In this document: positions 12,064 through 24,978 of the stretch, in pieces | Layout: each line of letters starts with the position of its first letter | Numbering within the stretch: the stretch's first letter is position 1 | Made by a program: the position numbers and the translations under genes | The notes under the pieces: model-generated | Database searches by the model: none | What the model saw: the letters and a program-made list of their open reading frames with translations, nothing else | Told to the model about the DNA's origin: nothing | Source: Epiperipatus broadwayi | Lineage: Eukaryota; Animalia; Onychophora | Assembly (NCBI GenBank): GCA_028023455.1 | Contig: JAQFVV010000004.1 | Span: forward strand, 17,050,001 to 17,114,000 | Length of the DNA stretch: 64,000 nucleotides | Direction: 5' to 3'

Positions 12064-13078
12064 GGAAATAATACAACATATAATTACAAATGTATTAACA
12101 TTTATATAGGATATTACATATGCATTGTAAGGTGTATTTTAAGCCAAAGACAAAAATAATGATATCATACTTATATTTTTGAATTTAATGCTCAATGTTA
12201 TATTTATTTATACTATATTTAAGTTAAAACTTACATTAAAATATTTTTATTGTCAGCATTAAATATTAAGGATTATAAATCTTTATTGTGGAAAAATAAT
12301 TACTAATTTTGGGATGACAATGGCTAATATTTAATTGATGAAATAGTTCAAATGAAAACTCATATCCTATATGAAAAGTTTTCTGTTATTTTTCTGCTAA
12401 TTTCTTTTTTTATTATTAAAAAAAAACAATCTTTTTTCAAGAGACATGGAAGCTATATCAGACTCTCTAATAAAGTTAACAAAGAACTTAACCACTAAAT
12501 ACCTATCCCTGTTTAACTCAATAATGTTAGTTCCATAACTCATCTAATATTGTAATTGTTCATTATCCATATTTGTAATATATCACCCATATTAATTAGT
12601 TTAATAAATGTTTTGAGAAACAAAAAAACAATCTTTTAATTGATAGTTTTTAAAAACAGCTATTGTAATTATTTTAAGACCATTGTTTAGTGATATAGCT
12701 CTTAATTTGAAATGTATGTATGTATTTGAAGTTCTCTGCTGGAAGGCAGATAAGTAACTGGCCAATAGAATACTATGATCAAACTATAACACTTGATCAT
12801 CATGTAGTTTGTCATTGCTTGCCATTCTCTTAACACAACTTATTATAGCACCTTAATGTTAAGGCTGCAAGATAAACTTTAGTAAACTCTTAAATCATTA
12901 AGATTATAGAATGTCTATGTTAAAGAAGTATCAAGAAATGACAGCTAGTACTAGTGAAAATCAAATATTGTCTCTTAATCATAATATCCTATTGCCTAAG
13001 TTACCATCAATATGTTTTTGGTAAAGAAATTAAAATGTATAAATATTTATATATTAAAAATTTCTGTATATATTGTAG

Positions 13079-13167
13079 GTCTTGCTGAAACGTTTGATTT
13101 TTAGTGATTTGGATATAAAAAAAATGTCTCTCTTCAACTATGAGCAGTCTTATATTTTTGGATTAAG
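13079..13167 (+). CDS. TBC1D32: TBC1D32/broad-minded-like exon ([30 protein letters not shown])
   Basis: tgtag acceptor and ag|gtaatt donor, phase 0 to 2. It matches my recollection of human [27 protein letters not shown] (recalled, not searched). Confidence 0.8.
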
Positions 13168-14214
13168 GTAATTTATATATAATTTAAACATATATATGCT
13201 GATTACTATATTTTATATATATATATGTGCATGTAGACTTGAACAGATTTTATATGCTATAGAAAAACATTAATTCTATCATATAAAATCTTTACAAGAC
13301 TGGTAAAGAAAATTTAATTTTTTTAATTCATATTGATTTCCATTGAGATATTAATTTAAGTTTTTTATGAAGCTATAATAATTCACTATTACTATTTTTA
13401 TTATTGCAGTAGCAACTTTCTCAATTCAGTAGTATCGCATAATACAAGCCATAGTAATCAATGGATGCTAGAAAGTTAAAATGCAAATAGGTATGCCACA
13501 TTCCCATTTTCAGAAAGAAAGTGAAAAAGTTTTTTGTTGATCTTAAATTTTATCATGAAATGTTGTTTTTTAGTTTTAATTATAAAAGGGGAGAGGGATA
13601 ACTCAGTTAATGTCAATTAATTAACAATGTTAATTAATTACTAAGAATCAATAGGGAATACCCATTGAAATTATTATCCCTTATAGAAATACTTAGTTGA
13701 TTTGGAATTGTCATATTATATTTTTTAATTTTCTTATTCACTATTCATTGGTTAACTTTATTAAATAATTATTAAAAAATAATAGTGTTAATATGCATCA
13801 AAATCCCTATCTAGTGCCTATTTATTCAATATCCCCAGGCAAGTTTTTAGCATATGGCTTTCAACAGTGAGGAATCATGGACCTGAGAGCAATGCACCTA
13901 CATCTTTATATATGACACATCCCTTCACCTTTTTAGTTAACTATAAAGCTATGATTCCAAACTGAAAACCTAATAATGTTTTCAATAAAAACTAATTTGC
14001 TTCTATAGTCATACAAATCTGAACCCAGTTCAATATCTATATATTTTGGTTTCTTTGATTTTTTTTAATAATCATAATCATCAATATCCTTTGCCTATGA
14101 TTGATTTAAAGCCACTAAAACATCATGTGACTGCCATTTTTTATGTTTACATAATTTGTTAATTAAAAAGATAAAAGATGGCTGCTGGAGAGATAGATTA
14201 GATATAAAAATGTA

Positions 14215-14430
14215 TATGCATTGCTCTCAGATCTAACTTACTGATGAAAGCCATATGCTGGAAACTAGTCTGGGGATATTGGATGAATAGGCACTAGATA
14301 GGAATTTTGATGCACAAATTTTCTAGCATCCATTGATTACTATGGCCTGCATAGCATTATTGTATGGAGAGAATTGCTACTGTTTTAACAGATTGTGTAA
14401 GCATAAGAAAGGGTGGTCATGTGATATTAT
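14215..14430 (+). mobile_element. HHR-bearing short repeat (retrozyme-like family 2), copy 1
   Basis: HHR at 14237-14275: CTTA CTGATGA AAGC CATAT GCTG GAAA CTAG T C TGGGG. The downstream body is shared with 15.5-15.8 kb and 16.4-16.6 kb. Confidence 0.65.
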
Positions 14431-14539
14431 TATTTATGATTTATCATTTTTGTTTTGCAATGGAAAAGTGTATTTCCACTTCAGTTGTTATGTTAATAAA
14501 GAAAACATTTATCACAATATACAGTAATGTTTGGTGTCA

Positions 14540-14990
14540 TTATCATTTTTAATGATTATCAATCTAATAGTAGGATGAGGATCTTTTAGAGTTTAATGCA
14601 GTATCTCTGATTATATTTATAGTTTTTCTTCTCATCATCATATCAACCAACTTTTTTATTTCATCCATTCATCTCACATGATTTTTTTTTTCTGGATCTT
14701 TTATAATCTCTTGGGATTCCATTTTTTTTGTAGCAATATGCCTAATCCAGTTCCATTTTAGACACATAATTATTTTAATGATGTGAACGATATATGTTCA
14801 TTCTCTGTTAATTATTGTTTATAAATGATTGATTTTCTAATTTTAATAAATTGAAATAATGACTTTAACAAAATCATTATAGAATGACATTTCACAAGAC
14901 TGTTTTGATGATTACATTGTTGTTATGATATTTATTTATCATGATCTTCATAGCTCTTTAAACCTGGATTCTTTCTGTTAAATTTTATTG
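14540..14990 (-). mobile_element. RTE-type LINE 3' relic
   Basis: Minus strand carries a decayed RTE C-terminal pattern (aggcatattgct..., agatgaatggatgaaataaaaaag) like that at 57.8 kb and 58.6 kb. Confidence 0.4.
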
Positions 14991-15491
14991 AATAAATGTA
15001 GTAATTTAGCAATGTTAACCAATAAATATTTTTTAAAAACGAAATATAGTCATATAATGTTCAGAAAGATGGAAGACATTATTGTATCACATTTATATGT
15101 ATTTATTGTACTGTTTACAGATATATTAGGTGTGTACTTACACAGAATAATGCATTAGTTAATCAAACTATATAAGTTTTACTCCATTCATATGTAAACT
15201 CAAATATTTATAAAACACAGTTACATTTCCTGGTTAACTGATCTAATATTTTATTCAGATTTGAATTGCTGGCAGAATCAGTTTTTTATTTGTTTAAGAG
15301 AACGCCAGTGTCTGTAGACCCATTGATTCGTGTCGCATCACATCTCATTGATTTGAAGCAAATAACTAAATGTAATATTATTGGGATTTCGCTTTCTTGT
15401 CACTTAATCTTTTGTATTAATTTTCCCCAAGGGTTGACTATTAAACAAACATGTTGGTATAGGTAATTTATACATTTCTCAGAACATTTCA

Positions 15492-15835
15492 CTGGCATCC
15501 ATTGATTACTCTGGCTTGCACTGAGTGGCAATATGTATAGAGAGTTTTGCCTGTTTTAATAACAGTTAAGAGCAAGCATTACAAATAGTGATCATGTGAT
15601 GTTTATTGGCTTAAAACCAAGCTGCAGTGCTCTCAGATTAGATTCTAAGGCTTTAGCTGCAGTGCTCTCAGATCCAAGGCTCCTCACTGACAAAGGCCAC
15701 AAGCCAGAAACTAGCCTGGGGATATTGGATGAGTAGGCACTAGATGGGATTTTATGCACAAGCCTTCTGGCATCCATTGATTACTCTGGCTTGCACTGAA
15801 TGGCAATACAGATAGAGAGTTTTCCCTGTTTTAAT
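15492..15835 (+). mobile_element. Retrozyme-like family 2, copy 2 (about 1.25 tandem units, period 275 bp)
   Basis: 15492-15560 is repeated at 15767-15835. The HHR at 15682-15721 is decayed (CTGACAA core, GCC triplet), but stem I CCTCA/TGGGG is intact. Confidence 0.65.
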
Positions 15836-16394
15836 ATATTTTTTGTCATGTATTGTAATTGGAAGGCAAAGCAATAATTAGCTCTGACTGTTGAGATGGA
15901 TACAATTTACTTTATGATGATAATGGAATATAAATTAATACTAGCATTATTAATAGATAATAATAACTTATAATATGCTGTTTACTATTAGTATTAGCAA
16001 AAATATAGCTATTAGGCAGTCACAAATGCAAAAAATTCGTCACTGATCTCCAAATGTTTTCTGAAGCAGTATTGAGGTTGCCTGTGCCAAGAGTGTATTA
16101 TACTTTTTATGAATATTTTTTAATGTATGGGTGTCTTTTGTCAGATGATTTGGAAAAATGCAATGTTTCTAAATCTGAAAATAAGTTTCTTATCATCACT
16201 CTGATCAGACTAAAAAAATGTTTAGACAAAATCAGCATAGTCATAAGAAATTTAAATAGTTCTCTTAACTGCAGACATTCCTTGTATCTTTGCAAGGCAG
16301 TTAATCAAATTTATTTTACATTAAGGAATGAGATTTTTTTTTTCATTTAAAAAATATAATAAGTGATGTACTCTAGTGAGTGACTATAACTTCA

Positions 16395-16610
16395 TTATGC
16401 TCTCAAATCCAAGGTTTCGACTGATGAAAGCCACCAGCTAGAAACTAGTCTGGGAATGTTGGATGAGTAGGTACTAGATAGAGATTTTATGCACAAACCT
16501 TCTTGCATCCATTGATTACAAAGGCTCACACTTGGTGGCACTACTGTATGGAGAGTTTGCTACTCTTATTAACAGCATGTTTAAGCTATGAAATGGTAAT
16601 CTTATGATGT
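16395..16610 (+). mobile_element. Retrozyme-like family 2, copy 3
   Basis: HHR at ~16416-16454: CTGATGA AAGC CACCA GCTA GAAA CTAG T C TGGG, followed by the same downstream body. Confidence 0.65.
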
Positions 16611-17226
16611 TTTGATAGTTTATAATCATTCCTTATATAAAACAATGGTAATAGGCTTCTATTCAAAATTTTATTCATTATTTTTTTTTTTTTTTTAAAG
16701 TTTAACAACACTTTATTTATTCATTGGAATATAAAGGAGAACATTTGATCTCATTTCACTTTCTCATTGGAATGACTTTTATGAAGATTTATTTTTCTGC
16801 TTTAATTTCCTGGTGACAAAGTCTTGCTGATTATGTATAACATTTTCTATAAAGTAGAACTATATCATTTGACATTTAATAAAGTTTTAAAAGTTTTTTT
16901 GTTATAGTTTTTCATCAGGGATTCACTCATAGTAATAATACAGTACTATAACACATAGAGACTTATTTCTATAGTTTTATTGCAAGTTACAATATGTAAT
17001 TTAAACTGAATGAGTGTAATTTTTAAAATCTACAAATTCGTCTTTAGAAAAGATTGGCTTTATGACTCTATGTTTTCACTGATTCTGAATATGGAGAAGA
17101 AATTTAATGAGTTTTAGTTAAACATCTTTTAGTAATATAATTATTATGAATTTTATTGTAAAGATTAAGCAATTTAATATTTTGTATCACTAAAAATAAC
17201 AAATAAAACATTTCGATGTTGCTCAG

Positions 17227-20200
17227 TGCTATGTCTAGTTGATCTAAGAGGGCGCTTCCCAAAAGTACAAATTACCATTAAACAGTTAATGTTTAGATAA
17301 TTTGATGACTGATCCTTAGTAGCATTTTAATTATGTTTATATATACAATCATTTAACATAATAAGGCCAAAGACATACTTAATAATAATGTAGATAAATA
17401 CGATCTGTAAGAGTCCTAGCTGACTGTTCTCATGTTCGAAGACCAGCTCTCCGCACTTGAAGTCACTGTGTCTTGGGAGTTAATCTGCTCCAATATATAT
17501 GTCCATGTGCACAGGTGAAGCTCCAAGAATGAAGTGTCTTCTTGTTGTTCCCAAATTGTATTGAGGTATTCATTGTTTTAATCCCTGCAGTTGATTAACT
17601 CATACTCCTATCTGTCCGCTCAGGTGTTCTTCATTTTAATCTCCATACAAGAATTTGCATTAATTATCTTTCTGACTTTAATTAATGAGTTATTTTTATA
17701 ATTTGTCATTTATCTTACAAAGGAAATCTAATTGTAATTCCTTTAATTGTTTTATATCATTAACGATGTATTTTACTCTCATTAATTAGAGTTATTACTT
17801 TTATAAAATAATCTTTTTCTATATTTAAGGTTTATAAATCTTTTACTTACTACTTTAAAAGAATCAGTCATTTATAAATCTTTTAATTACTACTTTAAAA
17901 GAATCAGTCTTTTAAAATTCTTTAATTTATTAAACTTATTAGATTTTCTCATTAAGTTTATACATATATATGCATGTGCATTTAGGTATACACATACATA
18001 TCATTACTTCTCCCAAATTCAGAGATGAGGATTTAATCTCTGAACTTATTACGAGTTATTAAGATATGTGAGTTTTTTTATCTTCCTTTTAGCATGCTGT
18101 TATGAATTATGTTTCAATTCACTAGGTGCATTCTCAGGAAATGTAGTTGTTTGAAAATCATTATTTATATTTTTTATGTCTACGCTAATATCTGGTCACC
18201 AGAAACAACTAAGCACTAGAGCTTTTGCTCTGCTGATGTCCCGCTGACGATTATGTATTCACTTTACTATATGCTGCCTACCCTTGACTGGAATCAGCAT
18301 ACAATCGCCTTTCATAATGCAGCCTTTGCATACTGACAGTTGTTTCTGGGCATTCCATAATTCTTTGTGAAGGAAACAGGGACTTTGCTTCGGCCAGCCT
18401 TTTCTAATCTGCTTCATAATCCATTGGTATCCATTGTCTTCTGCTGTTCATCGAGCTACAACTTTGTTTTTTACTCTTGATTTCAGTACACCTTTGTACT
18501 TTACTTCTTTTTGTTTCTGGTCATCATGGATCTTCTCTGACCTGCTTTTTTTAATTACTGCTGGAAAATTTTCTGCTCTCTGAATATATCTATTTTATCC
18601 AAATTCATCTTAACTCCCTCAGAAAGTTTTTTTCTCTCAGAGCTATTAATTTTTTAGTAATTGTTATTTTTACTCCCATTCCACTGAATCAGTCCCGTCC
18701 TAATATGGGGTTGGTAGGAGTATGTACTACATATAGTATTAGTCCACTAATTTTGCCCTGACTTTCACATATTGATGCTTCAACTATGCCCTTTATTCTA
18801 ATGGCATTACCATTCATATCTAATGCCTTTAGGTCAGTTTTTTTAATAGTAGGTCTTTTTCTACATTTGGAAGTAATGGTATATTAATTGCGGACTGATA
18901 TTAATGATATGCTGCTACCACTGTCCACTTCCATAGATATGGGCTGATCACACAGCTTTAGTTCTAACATATTTTTGTCATCTTGAGTGGATATTTTTTT
19001 AATATTGGTATGCTGAATTGCCTGATCCTGATATGAATGTTTATAACTCTTACTTTCCTTGTTGGGATCATTATGGTTTTTTTTACACATTTTTTTCCAT
19101 GTGCCCTCTTTTTTTTTGCCAGTTATTGCAGCATTTTCATTTATTAAAACAATTTCTGGTTTTGTGGCCTCTGTTCCCACAGCAAAAACATATAAATGCG
19201 GTTTCACTGTTAGCATTATTTTCATTACTTTTCAACCATTCTTTCTTTATGGTATTACAAACATCTGTATGTGATTTTCTAATAATTTTGAACTCTGCAA
19301 ATTTGTGAGGTTGCTCAAGAATGAGTTCATAAGCTATCCCGTGTTTTATAGCCTGTATATAATTTAAATCACTAATGACCAATAATTGTTGCCGTAAACT
19401 ATCATTACACATACCCATAAGAAATTGTTCCAGTAGGGCTTCATCTAGGAAAGATTCATAGACACAATTTTTGCTAGATTACAAAGTGCACTATCGAAGT
19501 CTTTTATACTTTCATCCCAACCTTGGTTCCAGGCTCAGAATTGCAGTATAGCGACATGCCTCAAGGGTTAGGGGTTAAAGTAGTTTGACAAACGCTCTTT
19601 AACCTGATTGTATGTACATTCCTCAGGAGTTAGAGGTTCAATGAGCCTGTTGGCAATCTCAATAACTCCTTTCCCAGCAAAGCATAATACTGAAGCAATC
19701 TTATACTTAATCTTTAACTTTATTAATGAATAAGTATTTTTCTACATGTTGAACGTACAGGGGCCAACCACTTGTCTCTCTGACATCAAATTCACCGATT
19801 TCTAGTTGTATTGCCTAATCTTTCACCTAAATTTAACTGTTATTTTAATTAAAGGTTCGAATCAAGACTGTGACTGTGTCAATTGCTATGTCTAGCTGAT
19901 CTGAGAGGGCACTTCCCAAAAGTACAAATTACCATTAAACAATTTAATATTTAGATAATTTGATGAATGATCCTTAGTAGCGTTTTAACTACTTACATAT
20001 ACACAATCTTTTAACATAATAAGGCCCGAAGGCATACATAAATAATAATGTAGATCAATACGACCTATAAAAGTCTTAGCTGACTGTTCTCACATTTGGA
20101 GGCCAGTTCTCTGCACTTGAAGTCACTGTGCCATGGTAGCTGATCTGCTCCAATATATATATATATATATCTGTGCACACAGGTGAAACTCCAAAAATGA

Positions 20201-20624
20201 AATGTCTTTTTGTTGATTCAAATTGTACTGAGGTATTCATTGTTTTAATCCCTGCAGTTGATTGACTCATACTCCCATCCGTCCACTCAGGTGATTCTTC
20301 ATTTTAATCTCTATACAAGAATTTGCATCGTTATCTTTCTGACTTTAATTAATGAGTTATTTTTATAGTTTGTCGTTTATCTTATAATGGAAATCTAAGT
20401 CGAATTCTTTTGTTTTATTTCATTAATGATGTATTCTACTCTCATTAATTAGACTTATTACTTTTAGAAAATAATCTTTTTCTAATCTTAAAATTTATAA
20501 ATCTTTTACTTACTATTTTAAAAGAATCACTCTTAAAATTCTTTAATTTATTAAACTTATTAGATTTTCTCATTAAGTTTATATCTATATATGTATGTGC
20601 ATTTAAGCATACACATATATATCA
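17227..20624 (-). mobile_element. Internally deleted Ty3/Gypsy (Mag/K02A2.6-like) element with both LTRs and a 5-bp TSD
   Basis: LTRs at 19884-20624 and 17227-18003 (TG...CA on the minus strand). TSD ctcag at 17222-17226 and 20625-20629. PPT tgggagaagtaa and decayed PBS TGACACAGTC. Gag with a CCHC remnant (CFCCGNRGHKTRNC), protease VDSGSS and the integrase Zn-finger region are present. RT, RNase H and the integrase core are absent. Confidence 0.88.
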
Positions 20625-23053
20625 CTCAGAGAGCAATTTTCAAATTTTGTAGCTTGATTAAAGAAATTAGCAATGTCTAATTAATTGCTAGACTTTTAAT
20701 ATTGCAACTGTCTTTATCTATTCCTTTTTTTTAAAGAATAAGCATTTTTTTGGAATAAGTTTTGTGATTTGGTAAAATTTACATTTTTTTTTTACTTTTT
20801 TTTTCAATGTTATTTATAACATGACAGAAAGATATTGGTAATGAGATTATAATATAATTATAAGAAACTATTTTGCAGCTTGTAACTCATCTAAAGTTAC
20901 AAAAATTGCAGCTCATATATTATCATTAATATTTATATTTAATGATGTGATGCTCATTAATTGTGACTTAATAAAGTTCTTTTTAAAATTTTTGAATTTT
21001 CTTGGATTTGTAAACTGCTTGCATACAGACATTTTATTTACATTAGAATAATTTTAATATTTTTTCACTTAACTATCCATAAATATTTCTATTTGCAATT
21101 TTTCTGGCATTATAATTTTTCTTTACTGTATTTACAACAATAAATTTTGATTTTTATCTATCTATGCTCCAGTAGAAAACTAAAAAAAAATAGTTTTGTA
21201 ATAAATTTTTAAATGTTTGTTTATTGTAGTAGATTTCTCATATATTGTTAAATGAATAAAGAAAATTATAATCTCTTGAAGACTATATTCTTTAATTTCA
21301 AAATTTTTAAGTTATTCTTGTTTTTCATACTGAAGAAGAAAGATTTATTAATTATATTTAAAAATGTAAATGTACTTTTATTTTAAATTTGATATGCATT
21401 GTAAATTAGCTACATTTTTTTTATTAATTTTTGATGAATTTATGGTCATCATTTATTCAAAATGTTACAACTTTTATTTCAATACTTCTCTGACTTTTTA
21501 ACTATTCTCAGTTGTTTAGTGTATTCTGTCAATTTTTTTTACATGTTTTGGTACTTTTATCAATTTACTCGAAACTTGTGCCTGTGTATTGAGAGGGGGG
21601 GGGGATATTAAAGATTTTTTTGTTGTCATTTTTTATTACAAACCATAAGTGTTGCCTTTTAAACTTCCCTACTTTGTAAGTATTTTTACATTTAAATTTA
21701 AATTAAATAAACTTTCAACAGAATTTATATCAGCCTTCATATCAAACTATTTTTAGACAGTATAATACCTAATGCATTATAAAATCATTAAACAATATTA
21801 TGAATATTAAAAAAAATAATTGAACCAATGTTAAATCTTCAAGGCACCATTTTCTATTTTCCCACATAATGAAAAAAGCAACACTGCAACAGAATTTTAT
21901 CATCATTTCAAATACTTTTGCCAATTATAACATTTTGAATATTCATATTTTTACATCAAAAACCACAAACTCTAACCAGATATCAGCAGCGTCAATGATG
22001 AATCACTAGTCAAATTTTTTTGAACTTTTTCATTAAATAAAAACATTTTATTTAAATGCTGTAGTGAATTACAACTAAAAAAATTACATGTTTTGTATAT
22101 TTATAAAATTAATTGAAGAGTTAAATGTTCATAGCATCATTTATTGTATTTTCTGTTTCATTCATATTGTCACACAGGATTTGGTCAACCAATTTTAGTA
22201 CTTGAGGCAAACCTTATTAAAAGCATACAGTATTTTAAAATTATTGAAAAGGCTTATTTAAAACAGTCTACTGAACAGATCAATAAATTGAATGAGCAAA
22301 ATATGTATAAAATCAAGGTAAATACACTCATTAAATATACATAAATATTTACATTATAATCTTAATTGCCTTGTTGCATCACCTATGAGATCTATCCTGT
22401 TGCCACATGATGGACACATTTTCAGCCATCAACCCTTATCAACTTTCTTTGAAAATGACTAATATCCCCAATCGATGTAATAACATTCTTATTTAAATAT
22501 CACTAATATGATCTATTTGATGAGAAAGTTGTGAACATATAATTTAACAGAATTATTTTAATAATGCCTATTTGCAATGGCTCGTTAATGTACAAGGCAA
22601 AGTTATGCTAACACTCTTTTTTTTTAAGGAATCTTATGTAACTGAATAAATGTTTTATATGTAATAAACAATTTAATGGTATTGAAAATATTAAATTTAA
22701 TAAAGTTAAATCGTCAAATTACAGTTTATTATTTTATTTATTTAAAATGTTGCCACATGATTAAAAATCAAACCAATTAGTATAGATCAGAGATCAGCAC
22801 TCTTTTCAACATGAGTTTTGTTTAAATATTGTGGCCAAAAAAAAAAATTGGAGATGAAAAATACATTGATAAAAATATGCCATTCTAAATGGTTGTGATT
22901 ATATGTGAGCATTCATTTTAGTGAGAAACATATTAGAATTAGTATATATATAATGAAAATTGAAATTCTTTTAAAAACAAACAAATACAATTATTTTGAC
23001 TGTTTGATTTATTCACAAATTTCTATTAGTTAAACATTCATTAGTAATTATTT

Positions 23054-23725
23054 AAGTAATATTTACTGAGACTATAACCTCGAGCATATGCGTGTAAAAT
23101 GCAATAGTAGGGACCTCTACAGGTGTTTAACCACAAGCTTACGCTATGGAAGAAAAGAGGGGAACCCTTCTTTACTTCAACCTACTTTCTATTTAAATAG
23201 GTGAAGCTGAAGCAGTTAGATCTGTGAGCATGAAGCTATTCAATACTTCACTGATTAAGTCCACATTTCTTATGACACATTAATACTCACGAAATCTTTC
23301 GATTTACAATGAGTCAATGGAAAGATTTTATAGTTAGAAATCTATTGCAGTAATTTAAAGTTGTAATTATAAATTTATTAAACGCACATTGATTTCGTAA
23401 GTAATATTTACTGAGGCTATAACCTCGAGCATATGCGTGTAAAATGCGATAGTAGGGACCTCTACAGGTGTTTAACCACAAGCTTATGCTATGGAAGAAA
23501 AGAGGGGAACCGCTTCAGCTTCACCTATTTAAATAGAAAGTAGGTTGAAGTAAAGAAGGGTTCCCCTCTTTTATTGGGGTTCCCCTCTTTTCTTCCATAG
23601 CGTAAGCTTGTGGTTAAACACCTGTAGAGGTCCCTACTATCGCATTTTACTCGCATATGCTCGAAGTTATAGCCTCAGTAAATATTACTTACGTAATCAA
23701 TGTGCGTTTAATAAATTAGTAATTA
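23054..23725. repeat. Complex direct plus inverted repeat cluster
   Basis: A ~113-bp block X occurs at 23054-23166(+), 23399-23511(+) and 23578-23690(-). A ~60-bp block Y occurs at 23153-23213(+) and 23512-23572(-). Arms 23365-23511 and 23578-23725 form a palindrome. Confidence 0.85.
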
Positions 23726-24867
23726 TTGTTTTATAAAATGACTGAATCTAAGAAACAACATGGAAAAGCACATTTTTTCTTTTTTAGAATCATGAAAATA
23801 TTTACAAATTATAAGTAAAAATTAAAAAAGTGTTTTTATGTTGTAATAGTAAAAAGAGCTGTAAGTTTGCAATCAAAGAGCCTAATATGGCTTGTGATCT
23901 ATAAGTTGCTGATCCCGGCTATAGATAATGTATTTTGGTCATGATCTATGAAGATGATTGATATTCCCTTCAATGCAACAATGCTATTTTTATTTAATTA
24001 CCTTAATACGATTTTATTGATATTAAAGTTTAAATGTATAATTTAATAACATTATTTTAATAAAGCCTAATTGTAATAGTTCATGTACAAGGAAAAGTCC
24101 ATTTTTAAAGATAGTCAATAGAATGGTTTCCAAATTACATCTCCTCTGAAAATAAATTTGATTTTCCATGATGTTGCAATGTATAGAATGCAATAAAAAA
24201 ATTAAATAGATGGTCTTTTGAAGATTTAATATCACTTCAATTAATTTCATATGATTTAATATCTTAATTTTATATTTAAGGTGCAGCTAAATTGTTTACC
24301 ATATTTATTTGTTTATGCAAGTTTTTTGGGGGAAATGACTATTAGCTTCTGTATTAATAAGTCATTATAAATAGGTTTTAATAAGTTATACATTCAAACT
24401 TTGACATCATATAAATCTTATTATTAAATATAAATGATATTGTTACATCAATGAGGATATTGATCATCTTCAAAGGTAGTTAATAAGGACATGCAAATGT
24501 TCGAAACATGGATCTTGTATTGGTTAATGCATAGATTTAATATCACTTCAGTTAACTTTTTATTTACAATAATGCTAAATTGTTTATCATATATATTTTT
24601 GTATATTTTTAAGTGTATGTGCAAATATATATAATATCAAATATAATTTTATTTGTTATTTATAGTAAAATAATATTGTATTCAATCATATAAAGCTTAA
24701 TATATCAATATTAAATGTAAATAAATATTATGCTATATCCAACTTATATGTACTCCATTTCTAATTGTAGATACATTCTATTAGAAAAAGCAGAAGTACC
24801 TGCAGTTAGTTATAGCATTTTATATATATATATATACACACCCACACATGTAATTTGTTTGTTTCAG

Positions 24868-24978
24868 GTTATTAAATTCTCTAATATTTAATCTGGATTT
24901 CCTTATTTTTTTTGAGTCTCACTACTCCTTTCAGGAATTATTATTATCAGAACAATCAAGCTGCATTGTGGAAGATGG
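24868..24978 (+). CDS. TBC1D32: TBC1D32-like exon ((R)LLNSLIFNLDFLIFFESHYSFQELLLSEQSSCIVEDG)
   Basis: tttcag acceptor and gg|gtaaaa donor, phase 2 to 2. It joins the 13.1-kb exon in frame and resembles recalled human LLSVICCDLDTLLLLEAQYQVSEMLLNAQEE. Confidence 0.7.

Noticed and set aside
13236-13490. Further exon-like segments right after the 13.1-kb exon
   Set aside because: The chains run into stops, and homology favours the direct GLR|LL join to 24868.
24771-24804. Micro-exon YILLEKAEVPA or KKQKYL
   Set aside because: It is not needed for the frame and has no homology support.
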